From positions 128,001 to 192,000 of the forward strand of contig CAWJBB010000027.1 in assembly GCA_963840855.1 (NCBI GenBank): a stretch of DNA of 64,000 bases, in the 5' to 3' direction. This document shows positions 10,556 through 20,121 of this stretch, in pieces (positions within the stretch are counted from its first letter, which is position 1; each line of letters starts with the position of its first letter). The notes under the pieces are model-generated. The model was not told the origin of the DNA and did no database searches. It was given only the letters and a program-made list of their open reading frames with translations. The position numbers were made by a program, and so were the translations under genes. This stretch comes from an uncultured delta proteobacterium. Lineage in GTDB: Bacteria; Desulfobacterota; Binatia; UBA9968.

Positions 10556-10783
10556 TTACGGGTTCTTTCTAATGTATTCTTCCATTCGTTTTCCGACGCC
10601 GATGAGTGTCAGCCCGACTACCTCCCGAGCCTTTTCATCGTATCGAACAATGACACCATCGCCCACATCGACCCCTAGTGCGGGTTTTGGCTTTCCAAAG
10701 CTAATATAGAGCGTGTCGGCATCGCCGTCGTACTCCCAATCCAAGGGAGCACCCTTCTTGTCAAACAGTTTTAACGCTTCCAT
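10556..10783 (-). CDS. DUF2283-family putative antitoxin
   Basis: Motif YDGDADTLYISF..GVIVRYD..VVGLT. Confidence 0.8.
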   Translation of the reverse strand: MEALKLFDKKGAPLDWEYDGDADTLYISFGKPKPALGVDVGDGVIVRYDEKAREVVGLTLIGVGKRMEEYIRKNP

Positions 10784-11220
10784 ATAACGTTCCTCCAGTC
10801 AGCAGGTCTGGCCGCGAAATAAGCGGTCAGAAATGAAGCTCCTCGGAGCAAAGCTGCGGGGTTTCCTGCGAAATTCCCCGAAGCCGCTCCACCCTCCTTC
10901 GCCAAGGCTACGGAGGGTTCTCCTCGCCTTCATCCTCGCAGCAAGCTGCGAGGTATTCGGCGAAGGAGAATAAAACCATCGTCTTCACTCAGCTCGCGAT
11001 AAACCACGCAGCAATATTTCTCCGTGAGCGGAGTTTTCCGATAATGCTTGACAGCGATCAAAGTCCCCGAGTCGCCTTCCTGAACATAATCGGGCGATGA
11101 CAATATCTCCAGAATCCTCTCTCCTTCGCCGGTCATGTCGGGATGCCGCCGCTCAACATGTTCCGTTCGCTCCGGCGTTAACCGGATGGGAACACCAGTA
11201 ACCGACTTGACGATTTGCAT
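10771..11220 (-). pseudogene. Putative toxin (RelE/DUF4258-like partner of DUF2283) interrupted by the 138-bp element
   Basis: IRLTPER..HVERRHP N-terminus. Removing 10832-10969 restores in-frame ..DDGFILTAYFAARPADWRNVIWKR*, which overlaps the DUF2283 start. Confidence 0.7.
10832..10969 (-). mobile_element. Non-autonomous hairpin-ended element, copy 2
   Basis: Clean insertion into an ORF at TTAT with no target duplication. Homologous to 1790-1928. Confidence 0.8.
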
Positions 11221-11516
11221 TATCTCAAGTCCCGCTTATTCAACGGAATAGCGTTCCTCAATAAGCGTGGCGGATACTATAGCGCATTGTCTGCTATCGT
11301 TCTATTAACGAGCTTACCGGATGCGTGAACCTTGACTAAGGGCAAACTTCGGCCCTATGCAGCGCGATGCTGGGAATCGCGCCGCAAAAACGGCTTTATC
11401 TGGCCCGATTCCAAGATCGCGCCACAGCGAAAATCCCGCATGCTTCACAAACCATGTCCACGTGTTGGACACATTCCAGGGATATGTCCAAAAACACGGC
11501 ATTTTTGGACATATTC

Positions 11517-11768
11517 TCACAATACGTTCGTTTCGCGAACAATAGAAGATTGGCTCTTTATTCTCGATCTCCGCCGACACTTGGCTTCCTGCAAGACAAT
11601 CGCGTTGATCAGAATACCTTGATTCGGAATCAAATCCCCCGCGCCCTTCAGCTCCGCCAGCGCCTTGTTGCCAGCGATCGCCTTTCGCAATACGGCTTTC
11701 GTCTCAAGCTCCGCCTTCGGCGGTAACAACGGAAGATCGTTGAATGGTTTGTCCGGGTCAAAGGGCAC
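11517..11768 (-). pseudogene. Fic/DOC family N-terminal fragment
   Basis: PFNDLPLLPP..ALAELKG..IPNQGILINAIVLQEAK, then frameshifted SAEIEN and truncation. No HPFxDGNGR motif. Confidence 0.75.
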
Positions 11769-11848
11769 TAGGAACTCTCCGTAACGGTTTCGTCAAATTC
11801 AGGCGTTAGACCCAACGCTGCGCGCCGTGATCAACTGGTGTTCCATCA

Positions 11849-11892
11849 TCTCCCTCACCCCGTCCTCAGGGAGAGGGTTCGCGTGAGGGAGA
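11849..11892. repeat. Short REP-like palindrome
   Basis: TCTCCCTCAC...GTGAGGGAGA inverted repeat at the point where the hsdR fragment stops. Confidence 0.6.
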
Positions 11893-12002
11893 AATCTTCG
11901 CTGCCGCTCAGCCTCCTCACGCGGAACACACGTCCAGCCGATCATCTGCGCGTATTTCAGGATGCGGGCTTGGACGGTTTTGTGTTCTCCGAGTGCAGGC
12001 AA
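11893..12002 (-). pseudogene. Second, truncated hsdR 5' end
   Basis: MPALGEHKTVQARILKYAQMIGWTCVPREEAERQRRF parallels MPAPGEYKTVQSRILSYAQDIGWSFVPRDE at 10232. Confidence 0.85.
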
Positions 12003-12016
12003 ATGACTATGAATTT

Positions 12017-13441
12017 CTACATAAAGAAGCGGTAGTCATAGACATCGTCGATGATGTCTGGCGATTGCTTTACGACGTTAGCGAATATTTGAGAATACAC
12101 GAGCGTGACGGGCAACGTCTTATAAAGAGTGTTATTGTTCCAATCGACTTTAGTGAGACCAAGGACGCTCGAACAAGTGTCATGCCATCCTCCCTCGCCA
12201 GAAAACCTTCGCAACATAATCGGGTTCGGAAGGGGCTTTAACGCGGCCTCCTTGAAAACCGGCTGGGTAGAGTTTTGGGGATTGACTCCCATCACACTGC
12301 CTTGAGTCCAAAACAGGCATTCATTTTCGCTGATCGGCTGATAGAGACCGCGGTCGATCGGATAGTCGGCGGGAGTAGGATTCAAGCCTTTCACTTTTGG
12401 GCCATCAACTTTTAGTCCATACCAATTCGTGCCGCGAACAATTTGAATAAGTTCCACTTCCGTTTTGCATCCGAAAGCATCCAATGCGCCTTGTATCTCG
12501 TCCTCCGTGAAATGAGACGTCTTATGAACAAATACTTTTCGTGGAATTCGACCGCTGTGCCCGTTCTGGTACAAAAGGAGACTACGGGACAAGACGGACT
12601 GCATCTCTTGGTAGCTGAGATAAGGGTTGCCTTTTCGATCTGTCGTAAATTCTTTAGTATCGTACGCGACAAATTCGAAGCCAGTGCCGTCGGGATCGAA
12701 CACCTGACTGCAGCAGGTAGTATATTCGTTGCCCTCCGCGTGTTTCTTTATCGCATAGCTTAGTCCGATATAGGCTTCGTCCTTATCAAACTCCGCCAGT
12801 TTCCAGGGAATGCCGCCTGCCTTTGCGTACAGTGCAACACTGATGCCCCACATAACATTTGCGCGGCAATTTCGATCAAAGGCCGTATCATTAATAATCT
12901 GAATCGGAAGGTTGAGTGGGGCGGTCTTGGCCTTTATTCGATCATGGAGATCGAAGCCTTCATATTCAAAACAATTTTCCCAGGCGCGTGGCAGATAAAG
13001 TAGTAAAACGTCGAAGGAATTTCTTTGCGACAATAAGCCTCCGATCGACTGTAGAATGTGATCGACGAGGCCTGTCCCGTCCTTTTTCCGAGCGGAGGCC
13101 AAACATTCGCTTAGGGCCGCGTATTTGACCTTTTCTGGTGGTTTGACAAGAGGAACGCGGAAAATATCTTGAAAGCCAGCATATCGCACATAATAATTAA
13201 CCGCCTCCTTTGGGATCGCGCTACCATTTAACTCCGAGACAATTCCGTCGAGCTTTCCCATGAATTCAGCCGGCGCAAAATAGGCAAGCCTCACTTGGCT
13301 TGGAAAACCAAGGCCTGCACTATAGGGGCCATATTTAGACAGACCCCGTAGCGGATGCTTATCTGTTTGCGAACCGTCAAACAGTAAAGCTGGCTCAGGT
13401 AAGACTGAGTGTCCGGAGAGAGTGTATGGCTTGTCACTCAT
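12017..13441 (-). CDS. Short prokaryotic Argonaute (MID-PIWI, no catalytic tetrad)
   Basis: Motifs [28 protein letters not shown] (Ser at the first catalytic Asp position), [18 protein letters not shown] and C-terminal YDYRFFM. ATG 13441 overlaps the upstream stop. Confidence 0.92.
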   Translation of the reverse strand: MSDKPYTLSGHSVLPEPALLFDGSQTDKHPLRGLSKYGPYSAGLGFPSQVRLAYFAPAEFMGKLDGIVSELNGSAIPKEAVNYYVRYAGFQDIFRVPLVKPPEKVKYAALSECLASARKKDGTGLVDHILQSIGGLLSQRNSFDVLLLYLPRAWENCFEYEGFDLHDRIKAKTAPLNLPIQIINDTAFDRNCRANVMWGISVALYAKAGGIPWKLAEFDKDEAYIGLSYAIKKHAEGNEYTTCCSQVFDPDGTGFEFVAYDTKEFTTDRKGNPYLSYQEMQSVLSRSLLLYQNGHSGRIPRKVFVHKTSHFTEDEIQGALDAFGCKTEVELIQIVRGTNWYGLKVDGPKVKGLNPTPADYPIDRGLYQPISENECLFWTQGSVMGVNPQNSTQPVFKEAALKPLPNPIMLRRFSGEGGWHDTCSSVLGLTKVDWNNNTLYKTLPVTLVYSQIFANVVKQSPDIIDDVYDYRFFM

Positions 13442-15209
13442 TTGGACTTCCACCGAAACTAAAGGCTGTGCGCGTGTTGACACTGAAAGTCGGCGAATAG
13501 TCTGACGCAGGAAAACATGAAATCCGGATCTCTTGTCCAGTCCCGATGAAGCCGAAGAGAACTCTTATCCATGCGTCGAGCAACTGATACGATTGGTTAT
13601 TGTATCGACGCAATTTCTTGCTGCGTAGAAAATCGCTAGCGTTCTCACGCTCTGATAATGGCGTTACCCAGATATCCGGCCGGATCAGAAGCCACAGCGA
13701 CCCATTTCTTTCTTCAAGCTTGATAGAGAGAGCCTCTGCCCAAAACACTTTGTTCAATCCCGTCACGGACCCAGTAATGTACCCTGGCTTGTTCTGAAAT
13801 CCCAGCGCATTTTTGAGTGGCTGAAGAAGTAAATTATTGATCTCTTTATGATTGACGACGGCGTAATAAGTTCTATTCTTACGTCTTAGCAGTAAGGGCT
13901 TATCGTGGCACAGCGATTGCCCCACCGCCTCGTCGAAAAACGATTTAATGATGCCTGATTGCGCTACGGACGCTATAGAATCGTCGAAGTTGTAATCTTT
14001 GATCGCTTTCACTGTCGGTTTGTCCAATATCTTGTAAATCTCATTTGGGTCTCCCCAAAACAAAATCTGGTCCGTGTAGGATAGAATGGCATTGGGCTGA
14101 TGTTCCCACACTTTGTCTTTCAACTCCCGGAACGTCATCGGAGCGGCATAATCAACGCTTCCGCATTGCCTGGGCCAATCGGTTATTGCCAGCGCATTTG
14201 TCCGAAGGATCGGATACCTTGTGCCCGGCGAGGGTAGCGGAATAGAAACGGGTAGTGCCTTGGCTGTGCGGACTTTCAAATCCAACTTTTCCGGTTTTTC
14301 AGGAAGTTGCCGCCACATCTTCAAAAGTATTATGTCGAAAGAGCCTATTTCTATGATATGTGCGCGCACACCTTTCTCGCGTGCCGCCCTGATTAAGCCA
14401 CGTACCAAATCCGTTACATCGGAAAGGCGCGGAGTCAACCAAAACAAGCCTTGCGGAAAGGCGTTATTCTGTTCGAGAGCCGAACGAAACATAGCCATGA
14501 CATTGGCGTCGCGGCCACTATAGCCACTGACTATGAGTCCGTATCGATCAGATGCCGCGAGGAAGGATCTTTGGATTTCTTTGTCGTTGTTCAACAAATC
14601 TGAGGAAAGGTTTTTGATGCTCTTGTAGCGAAAGTCGCCATGTATCTTGGCATAAATAGGAAACCGCTCGCTGTTCAATGCATCAAGCGCGGCGTATGCT
14701 CCCTCAAGGTGGAACGTCGTCAAGCTCTTTCCCGTTACCGCCGAGTAAGCTGTTTCTATAACTTCGTCAAAGTTAGTGGTAAAGACGACTTTTGCAAGTC
14801 CCATTTCCAGAATCGCCGCTAAAACTCTATGGCCAATATTCAGCGATATTTTTTGTGAGTCCAATTGATCGCTGATGTACTGTTGCTGCAAACTATAATC
14901 CTTACCGAATGTCAGATCGAAATAGAATGAATATTCCTCTGAGCTCCAAAGAGCGGGGAAACCTTTACTGTCTACATAATTTTGAATCTTCCATCTGATC
15001 GCCTGGTTGTTGATATCGTGAGCTTGTAGATCTTGATTTTCCTGAAGACAATAATACTTTCGTTTTAAATCCCAAATTATATCTGTGGCTGTAGGCATTC
15101 CCGCGGTGCGAGATGTTCCTGCGCCAAGAAACCACATTAACAGCCGCGCATTCTGGACATAATGGCCTAAAAACATCTGCGGCGAGAAATCATTGGCAAG
15201 TTCTTTCAT
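13434..15209 (-). CDS. SIR2-APAZ NADase effector (SPARSA partner)
   Basis: SIR2 motifs [20 protein letters not shown] and SGYSGRD. C-terminal APAZ-like region ([17 protein letters not shown]). Coupled to the short Argonaute. Confidence 0.9.
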   Translation of the reverse strand: MKELANDFSPQMFLGHYVQNARLLMWFLGAGTSRTAGMPTATDIIWDLKRKYYCLQENQDLQAHDINNQAIRWKIQNYVDSKGFPALWSSEEYSFYFDLTFGKDYSLQQQYISDQLDSQKISLNIGHRVLAAILEMGLAKVVFTTNFDEVIETAYSAVTGKSLTTFHLEGAYAALDALNSERFPIYAKIHGDFRYKSIKNLSSDLLNNDKEIQRSFLAASDRYGLIVSGYSGRDANVMAMFRSALEQNNAFPQGLFWLTPRLSDVTDLVRGLIRAAREKGVRAHIIEIGSFDIILLKMWRQLPEKPEKLDLKVRTAKALPVSIPLPSPGTRYPILRTNALAITDWPRQCGSVDYAAPMTFRELKDKVWEHQPNAILSYTDQILFWGDPNEIYKILDKPTVKAIKDYNFDDSIASVAQSGIIKSFFDEAVGQSLCHDKPLLLRRKNRTYYAVVNHKEINNLLLQPLKNALGFQNKPGYITGSVTGLNKVFWAEALSIKLEERNGSLWLLIRPDIWVTPLSERENASDFLRSKKLRRYNNQSYQLLDAWIRVLFGFIGTGQEIRISCFPASDYSPTFSVNTRTAFSFGGSPNE

Positions 15210-15224
15210 AATAACGCTTGCATT

Positions 15225-16478
15225 CTAAGTAGAACCATAAGGCATTTCCACTTTTGATTCTTGTTCTAGATCTGACAGGTCGAGGTCATTAACCCGAATC
15301 TGCGCCGTCATCAACTCGTGCAGTAGAGTGCGGAAGAGGTCGGTGAATGCCCATTTTCGCCGCTCACACGTCTCAGTTTTTCGTTCGATCTCTTCGAAGA
15401 CGCCAGCAATCTCTGCCGTCTCTACCGCCGAGGGCAATGGAACCTTGAATGAACGCAAGTCGAGAAGACTTAGATTGGCGCGTGCGATATCCTTTTTCTG
15501 AAAGAACATTTGCTGCTGACCAACCGGTGACAACAGGTAGTAAACGATAAATGCTTTGACGCTTCGCTCATGCTCCAGCCGTACAAACCCTACAGCCTGA
15601 TTACAGTTCGCTCCCTCTATTTCAGGAGTACCGAGAGCGACGCGGCCGATTGATGCTCCCACAAGATTAATCAAAACGTCTTCACTTTTAAGGATTGAGC
15701 GCTTTTCGTGATTGTTGAACGCGGCCGGCAAGAACACGCGGTCGGAAAACTCCATGCGTCCCGCTCCGACGTTCTGGCTACGAACAAACAATACGCCTTC
15801 CGTCACATACTCGAAGCCCTGCCATCGCGGGGAAGAGCCTTTCGAAATTTTCGTAGCGAGTTTTCCAAGTTCGACAACTTTCCAACTCTCCGGCACGGGG
15901 CCGATTTCGGTTTGTTTTTGAGGTTCGCCGCGGAGGCCTTCGGTGAAGAGCTTGTGCAGGAGCGCCTTTTTCAGTTCCGTGGTTAGCGTGATCAGCCGCT
16001 CCTGCTGTTCGATCGCTCTCTGCACCAGCCCCAACACCGCCGCAATCTTTCGTTGCTCGCACGGATTCGGAATAACAATTGGCAACGTACGAAAGACATT
16101 GCGATCGAGAGTTGGAACGGATGCGCCTGAGCCAAAGTTTCCGAGTCGCAGGAAGCCTAAAAACAACGCGGTGAACTCAGGTGAGTTACCGTGAAAATCC
16201 TTTACGAACAGGGCGGTGTTGTGCGCCCAAAAATCCTGACGATAGAAAGTAACCTCGCCAACCGACCCACTTCGTCCAACGGTTATTCCCGGCGCCTTAA
16301 CATTCGCAACATCATGGTAGCCAATAATTCCGTTTGAGCCTGCAACCGGAACACTCCCGGTGCGAAAATGATCCCGTGTCAGATCCTTACCTCGTTGAAG
16401 CGTAGCGAAGTGATCGAAATCCGTCCTCAACCAGTCGTCTGGATAATCTCCCGGCGGTTGGAGAATCGTTGAATCCAT
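15225..16478 (-). CDS. hsdS: Type I R-M specificity subunit
   Basis: Two target recognition domains separated by the conserved helix EQRKIAAVL..LKKALLHKLFT. C-terminal LFRTLLHELMT. Confidence 0.92.
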   Translation of the reverse strand: MDSTILQPPGDYPDDWLRTDFDHFATLQRGKDLTRDHFRTGSVPVAGSNGIIGYHDVANVKAPGITVGRSGSVGEVTFYRQDFWAHNTALFVKDFHGNSPEFTALFLGFLRLGNFGSGASVPTLDRNVFRTLPIVIPNPCEQRKIAAVLGLVQRAIEQQERLITLTTELKKALLHKLFTEGLRGEPQKQTEIGPVPESWKVVELGKLATKISKGSSPRWQGFEYVTEGVLFVRSQNVGAGRMEFSDRVFLPAAFNNHEKRSILKSEDVLINLVGASIGRVALGTPEIEGANCNQAVGFVRLEHERSVKAFIVYYLLSPVGQQQMFFQKKDIARANLSLLDLRSFKVPLPSAVETAEIAGVFEEIERKTETCERRKWAFTDLFRTLLHELMTAQIRVNDLDLSDLEQESKVEMPYGST

Positions 16479-16481
16479 ATT

Positions 16482-18071
16482 CTACGTCGTGAGCGCTTGC
16501 AGTACTTTCTTAAGACCGAGGTTCGTTTCCGCGGCTTCTTGGTCAAGCGCCTCTAACTCTTCCACAATCTCCGCGATCGGCCGGTATTCATCCGCGTCGC
16601 CGGTGTGAATGTAACGGCTGGGAGAGATATTAAAGTCGTTCTTGGCGATCTCATCGCGGGTGACGATCCGGCTGAATTTTTCTACTTCCCGCCAGGATTT
16701 GAAAGTCTCTGCGATGCGCAGGATGGTATCGTCGGGGATGTAGTTTTTGGGATCGCCTTTGGCGAACTCGCGGCTCGCGTTGAGGAGGAAGACTCTTCCT
16801 TTGCGGTCGTCCGGTTTGGATTTGTTTACGAAGAGGATAATGCCCGGCGCGGTGGTGTTGTAGAAGAGGTTTTCCGGCAGGTAGATGATGCCTTCGATCA
16901 AATCCTGCTCGACGAACCATTTGCGCACGTCTTTTTCTTTGTTGGTGTTGGCGTTGCCGGAGCCTCGCGAGGCGGCGCCGGTGTCTAGGACAATCGCGGC
17001 CCGGCCAGTATCGTTGAGACTCGCGAGCATGATTTGCGCCCAGCCCCAATCGGCTTTGCGGCCGGGGAAGCCAGCGCCTTTTGGAAAACGGTCCAGCTCG
17101 TCATTGTCGTAATCGGTTTCTTTCCACCAGTCCTGATTCCACATGGGATTGGCGATCACTCTGTCGAAGGTCTGGAGGCGATTGCCTTTGCGGAACTTTG
17201 GATTCTTGAAGCTGTCGCCGATCTCGATCTGCCCCTGCATGTCGTGAATGATCATATTCATGTTCGCCATCGCCCAGGTCTCGGGCGTGTATTCCTGGCC
17301 GTAAAGCTGGAGCGGCGCGTAGCTCTTGCGCGAGCGTAGGTTCATTTTTTCTTGTAGAGCCAACTGGCACTTGATGAGCAGGCCCGCCGAACCGCAGCAT
17401 GGGTCGTGAACCGTCATCCCTGGCTCGGGGTCGAGGATGCCAGCCATGACCATGCCGACTTCTTTAGGCGTGTAGAACTCGCCGGCGCTGGAGACGCTGC
17501 CCTCGGCGAACTTACGGATGAGATATTCGTAAGAACGGCCGATGATATCCGGCTCGACGTCGTTGAGCCCCAAGCGCTTCTCGCTGATGCGCTCGATCAG
17601 ATTGCTCAAGCGGTCGTCGTCTAGGTCGCGCACGCCGTGGGTGGTCGCGTTGAAGTCGACCCGATCGATGATTCCCTTGAGCAAGGAATTTTCGTCGGCA
17701 ATGGCGCGCAGGTAGGTGGTCAGCTCCTGACCGAGCTTTTCCTGATATTTGTCCTCAGGCGGGCGTTGGGCGTCCTTCCCGGTACGGATCACTGACCAGA
17801 CGGTATCGTCCGGATTCTTCGGCTCCAACGGCAGGAAGAAACGCACGAGCTTCTTGTCGTGCTTGACGAGCTTGAAGGCCTTGGTTCGCGAGCCAACCTC
17901 CTTGGCGATGCGGTTCACCTCGTCGTCGAAAACATCGCACAGACGCTTCGCAAAAATCAGCGGCAGGATATATTCCTTGTACTTCGGCGCGTCCTTCGCG
18001 CCGCGGATTGAACACGCCGCATCCCAGATCCAGGATTCAAGCGACTTGTCGGTGTTTGAATTGATGGCCAT
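16482..18071 (-). CDS. hsdM: Type I R-M N6-adenine methyltransferase
   Basis: Motifs IWDAACSIRG, GEFYTP, DPCCGSAG, YGQE, ANPMW and LFYNT. Confidence 0.95.
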   Translation of the reverse strand: MAINSNTDKSLESWIWDAACSIRGAKDAPKYKEYILPLIFAKRLCDVFDDEVNRIAKEVGSRTKAFKLVKHDKKLVRFFLPLEPKNPDDTVWSVIRTGKDAQRPPEDKYQEKLGQELTTYLRAIADENSLLKGIIDRVDFNATTHGVRDLDDDRLSNLIERISEKRLGLNDVEPDIIGRSYEYLIRKFAEGSVSSAGEFYTPKEVGMVMAGILDPEPGMTVHDPCCGSAGLLIKCQLALQEKMNLRSRKSYAPLQLYGQEYTPETWAMANMNMIIHDMQGQIEIGDSFKNPKFRKGNRLQTFDRVIANPMWNQDWWKETDYDNDELDRFPKGAGFPGRKADWGWAQIMLASLNDTGRAAIVLDTGAASRGSGNANTNKEKDVRKWFVEQDLIEGIIYLPENLFYNTTAPGIILFVNKSKPDDRKGRVFLLNASREFAKGDPKNYIPDDTILRIAETFKSWREVEKFSRIVTRDEIAKNDFNISPSRYIHTGDADEYRPIAEIVEELEALDQEAAETNLGLKKVLQALTT

Positions 18072-18247
18072 GAGGAAAATTTCTTAGCATAGTACGCGAT
18101 TTGACGGTGTTAGTTCAACTATGTATTAACCACCAAATCGCCGGCGTGAATGCCGCTCATTGGCCTCAAAAATAGTTAGTAGGAATGAACGAACGGGACG
18201 CGCGAATAGTCAATTAAACGTAATGCCCTCGGAGTATGCGCGTGTAC

Positions 18248-18634
18248 GATTGAAGCACCGCAGAGTTAATGCTAAACGAACAAAACCCTGTCCAAGTATC
18301 GAGTCACGGTAGACACCGGAGGAACGTTCTCCGATTTCGTTTTTTTTAACGAAGATACCGGCGCGATCACCATCACCAAACTCCCGTCCACGCCCGGCGA
18401 ACCTTTCCAAGCCTGTTAAACGGCGTCAAGGAACTGATCGATCAAGGGGTTTCGGCGGGCGACGTTTCGTTTTTTTGTCACGGCACCACCGTCGGCACCA
18501 ACGCGTTGCTCGAAGAAAAAGGGGCCAAGACCGGGCCTCCTCGTCACCCAGGGCTTTCGCGGCATTTACGAAGTCATGGAGCAGACCCGCGGCTACGGTC
18601 CGGCGACCTATGATCTTTTCTTCGAAAAGCCCAG
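18248..18634 (+). pseudogene. Decayed duplicate of the hydantoinase A upstream region and 5' end
   Basis: Direct repeat of 21618-22004. ATG has become CTG, there is a 1-nt deletion near 18414, and the copy ends abruptly after GAAAAGCCCAG. Confidence 0.92.
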
Positions 18635-18702
18635 ATCGAATAACATCGGCCATTCGTCGCGAAGAAACTCGAATTGCGAGTCGGGAACCGCGATTTCGGA
18701 TC

Positions 18703-19896
18703 CTAAGATGATAGAAATCCGTGGACCTTCGCTTTCGGCATTTCTTTTACCCGCTTGAAAAACTCGCTTTCGGTAATCTGTGTCGGCCAATCCAGGTTGA
18801 TGGAAATGATAAAGTCTAATTTGCTGGCTGCTTGTTTGATCTCAATAGCCTGCAATGAGGCAAGATAAAATAAGTCGCGTATCAACGCTTTTCGAGGATT
18901 TTTTAGCCGATAGAGTCCAGCAGTTTGATTACTGAGTTCAGAAACAGTCTGACTTCCCTGGTCCAAGAGCAGTTGCAACAGCTGCACGTGCCGATCCGAC
19001 ATGACCCGCTTACGCGGCGAGCGCAGCCGGCCGAATAGATCCATCATTGTGTTTAGATAGAGCGCTTTGGCGACGTGGAAACGGATCTCTGAGAACAGCC
19101 TGGTGCATTGCTTCTCGATTCCCTTGAGAGCGAATTTGAGAAACGGCGTCAGATCATGGGTTAGCGCGCGCGTTTCAGCAAGAGCATTCAGATAACCGGC
19201 TTTTTCCTCGTAATAGTAGTTCGACATGGCGATGAAAAGCGTATCGCGTAGGCCGACGCGCTGCAGCATCAGTGCTTCCAGGGCACGAGCGGTCCGGCCG
19301 TTACCGTCCAGAAACGGATGCATTGCGGCAAAGTGGTAGTGGAGCGTCAGCGCCTGAATCAGTGGATCGTGATCCCGAAAAACGGTTCGCGTCGCCTGGC
19401 ATAGCTGCTGCAACGCCATTTGGCAATTGTCTCCGCCTTCGACGCCGCGATGACGTGGCGTACCGAAGATCACATTATCGTCTCGCCCCCTAAGTCGCCC
19501 TGGAGGACAATGGTCGTCGTCGCAACCGGAGACGATGCGGCGGTGGATCTCAAAAACCAACACTTCATCGACCGGCCTATCCGTTGCAAGTTGGGCAATC
19601 CAACGATAAGTCGCTAAAGCGCACGCCGCTTGGCGCTGCGATCGAGTCTCAAGTTGTTGCGGCGTTTCCCGCATGGCAGCGTCCAGTTCTCTTTCCGTGA
19701 ACTCCGCGCCTTCGATCCGCGATGTACCGGCGACTTCACGCTTGAGTTGGATTTGCTGAAGTTCTTCCGCCCAACTGCGCTGATAGGGGATCTGCGTCAG
19801 CGCCAACATCGCCGCCCTCGCTCCCAGTAGTTCGACCTGAACCGCCGCCAGATCGAACAGAATCCACTGCCGGGGCATCTCATAAGGAATCGTCAT
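18703..19896 (-). CDS. Fic-family protein (class II-like, with N-terminal inhibitory motif)
   Basis: HPFLDGNGRTAR catalytic motif. TSRIEG matches (S/T)xxxE(G/N). Confidence 0.92.
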   Translation of the reverse strand: MTIPYEMPRQWILFDLAAVQVELLGARAAMLALTQIPYQRSWAEELQQIQLKREVAGTSRIEGAEFTERELDAAMRETPQQLETRSQRQAACALATYRWIAQLATDRPVDEVLVFEIHRRIVSGCDDDHCPPGRLRGRDDNVIFGTPRHRGVEGGDNCQMALQQLCQATRTVFRDHDPLIQALTLHYHFAAMHPFLDGNGRTARALEALMLQRVGLRDTLFIAMSNYYYEEKAGYLNALAETRALTHDLTPFLKFALKGIEKQCTRLFSEIRFHVAKALYLNTMMDLFGRLRSPRKRVMSDRHVQLLQLLLDQGSQTVSELSNQTAGLYRLKNPRKALIRDLFYLASLQAIEIKQAASKLDFIISINLDWPTQITESEFFKRVKEMPKAKVHGFLSS

Positions 19897-20121
19897 GAAC
19901 CTATTGTAGCCTAGTTCATTTCCGAGTGGAATGCTTCATTGTATCATAAAAAATATATAAATATCAATCACTTAGCGATAGATTGCCGATTCTGGAGGTG
20001 TTTTCATTTCCCATTTCATTTCCGTCTCATTTCCAAGGTATGGCAGAATCCTGAGAGGACGATCAGTGATCGCGTCGTTAGTCGCCAAAGATTCTTCACA
20101 TGCGAAGACACACAGATGAAC

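Noticed and set aside
11481-11514. Inverted repeat ATATGTCCAAAAA..TTTTTGGACATAT as terminator or operator
   Set aside because: Single AT-rich palindrome with no U-tract and no clear regulated gene. Function unsupported.
12017-13441. Catalytically active long Argonaute
   Set aside because: No N or PAZ region, and the first catalytic Asp position is Ser (IGLSY).
19910-20035. CATTTCC short repeats as iterons or operators
   Set aside because: Irregular spacing, low complexity and no Rep gene nearby.
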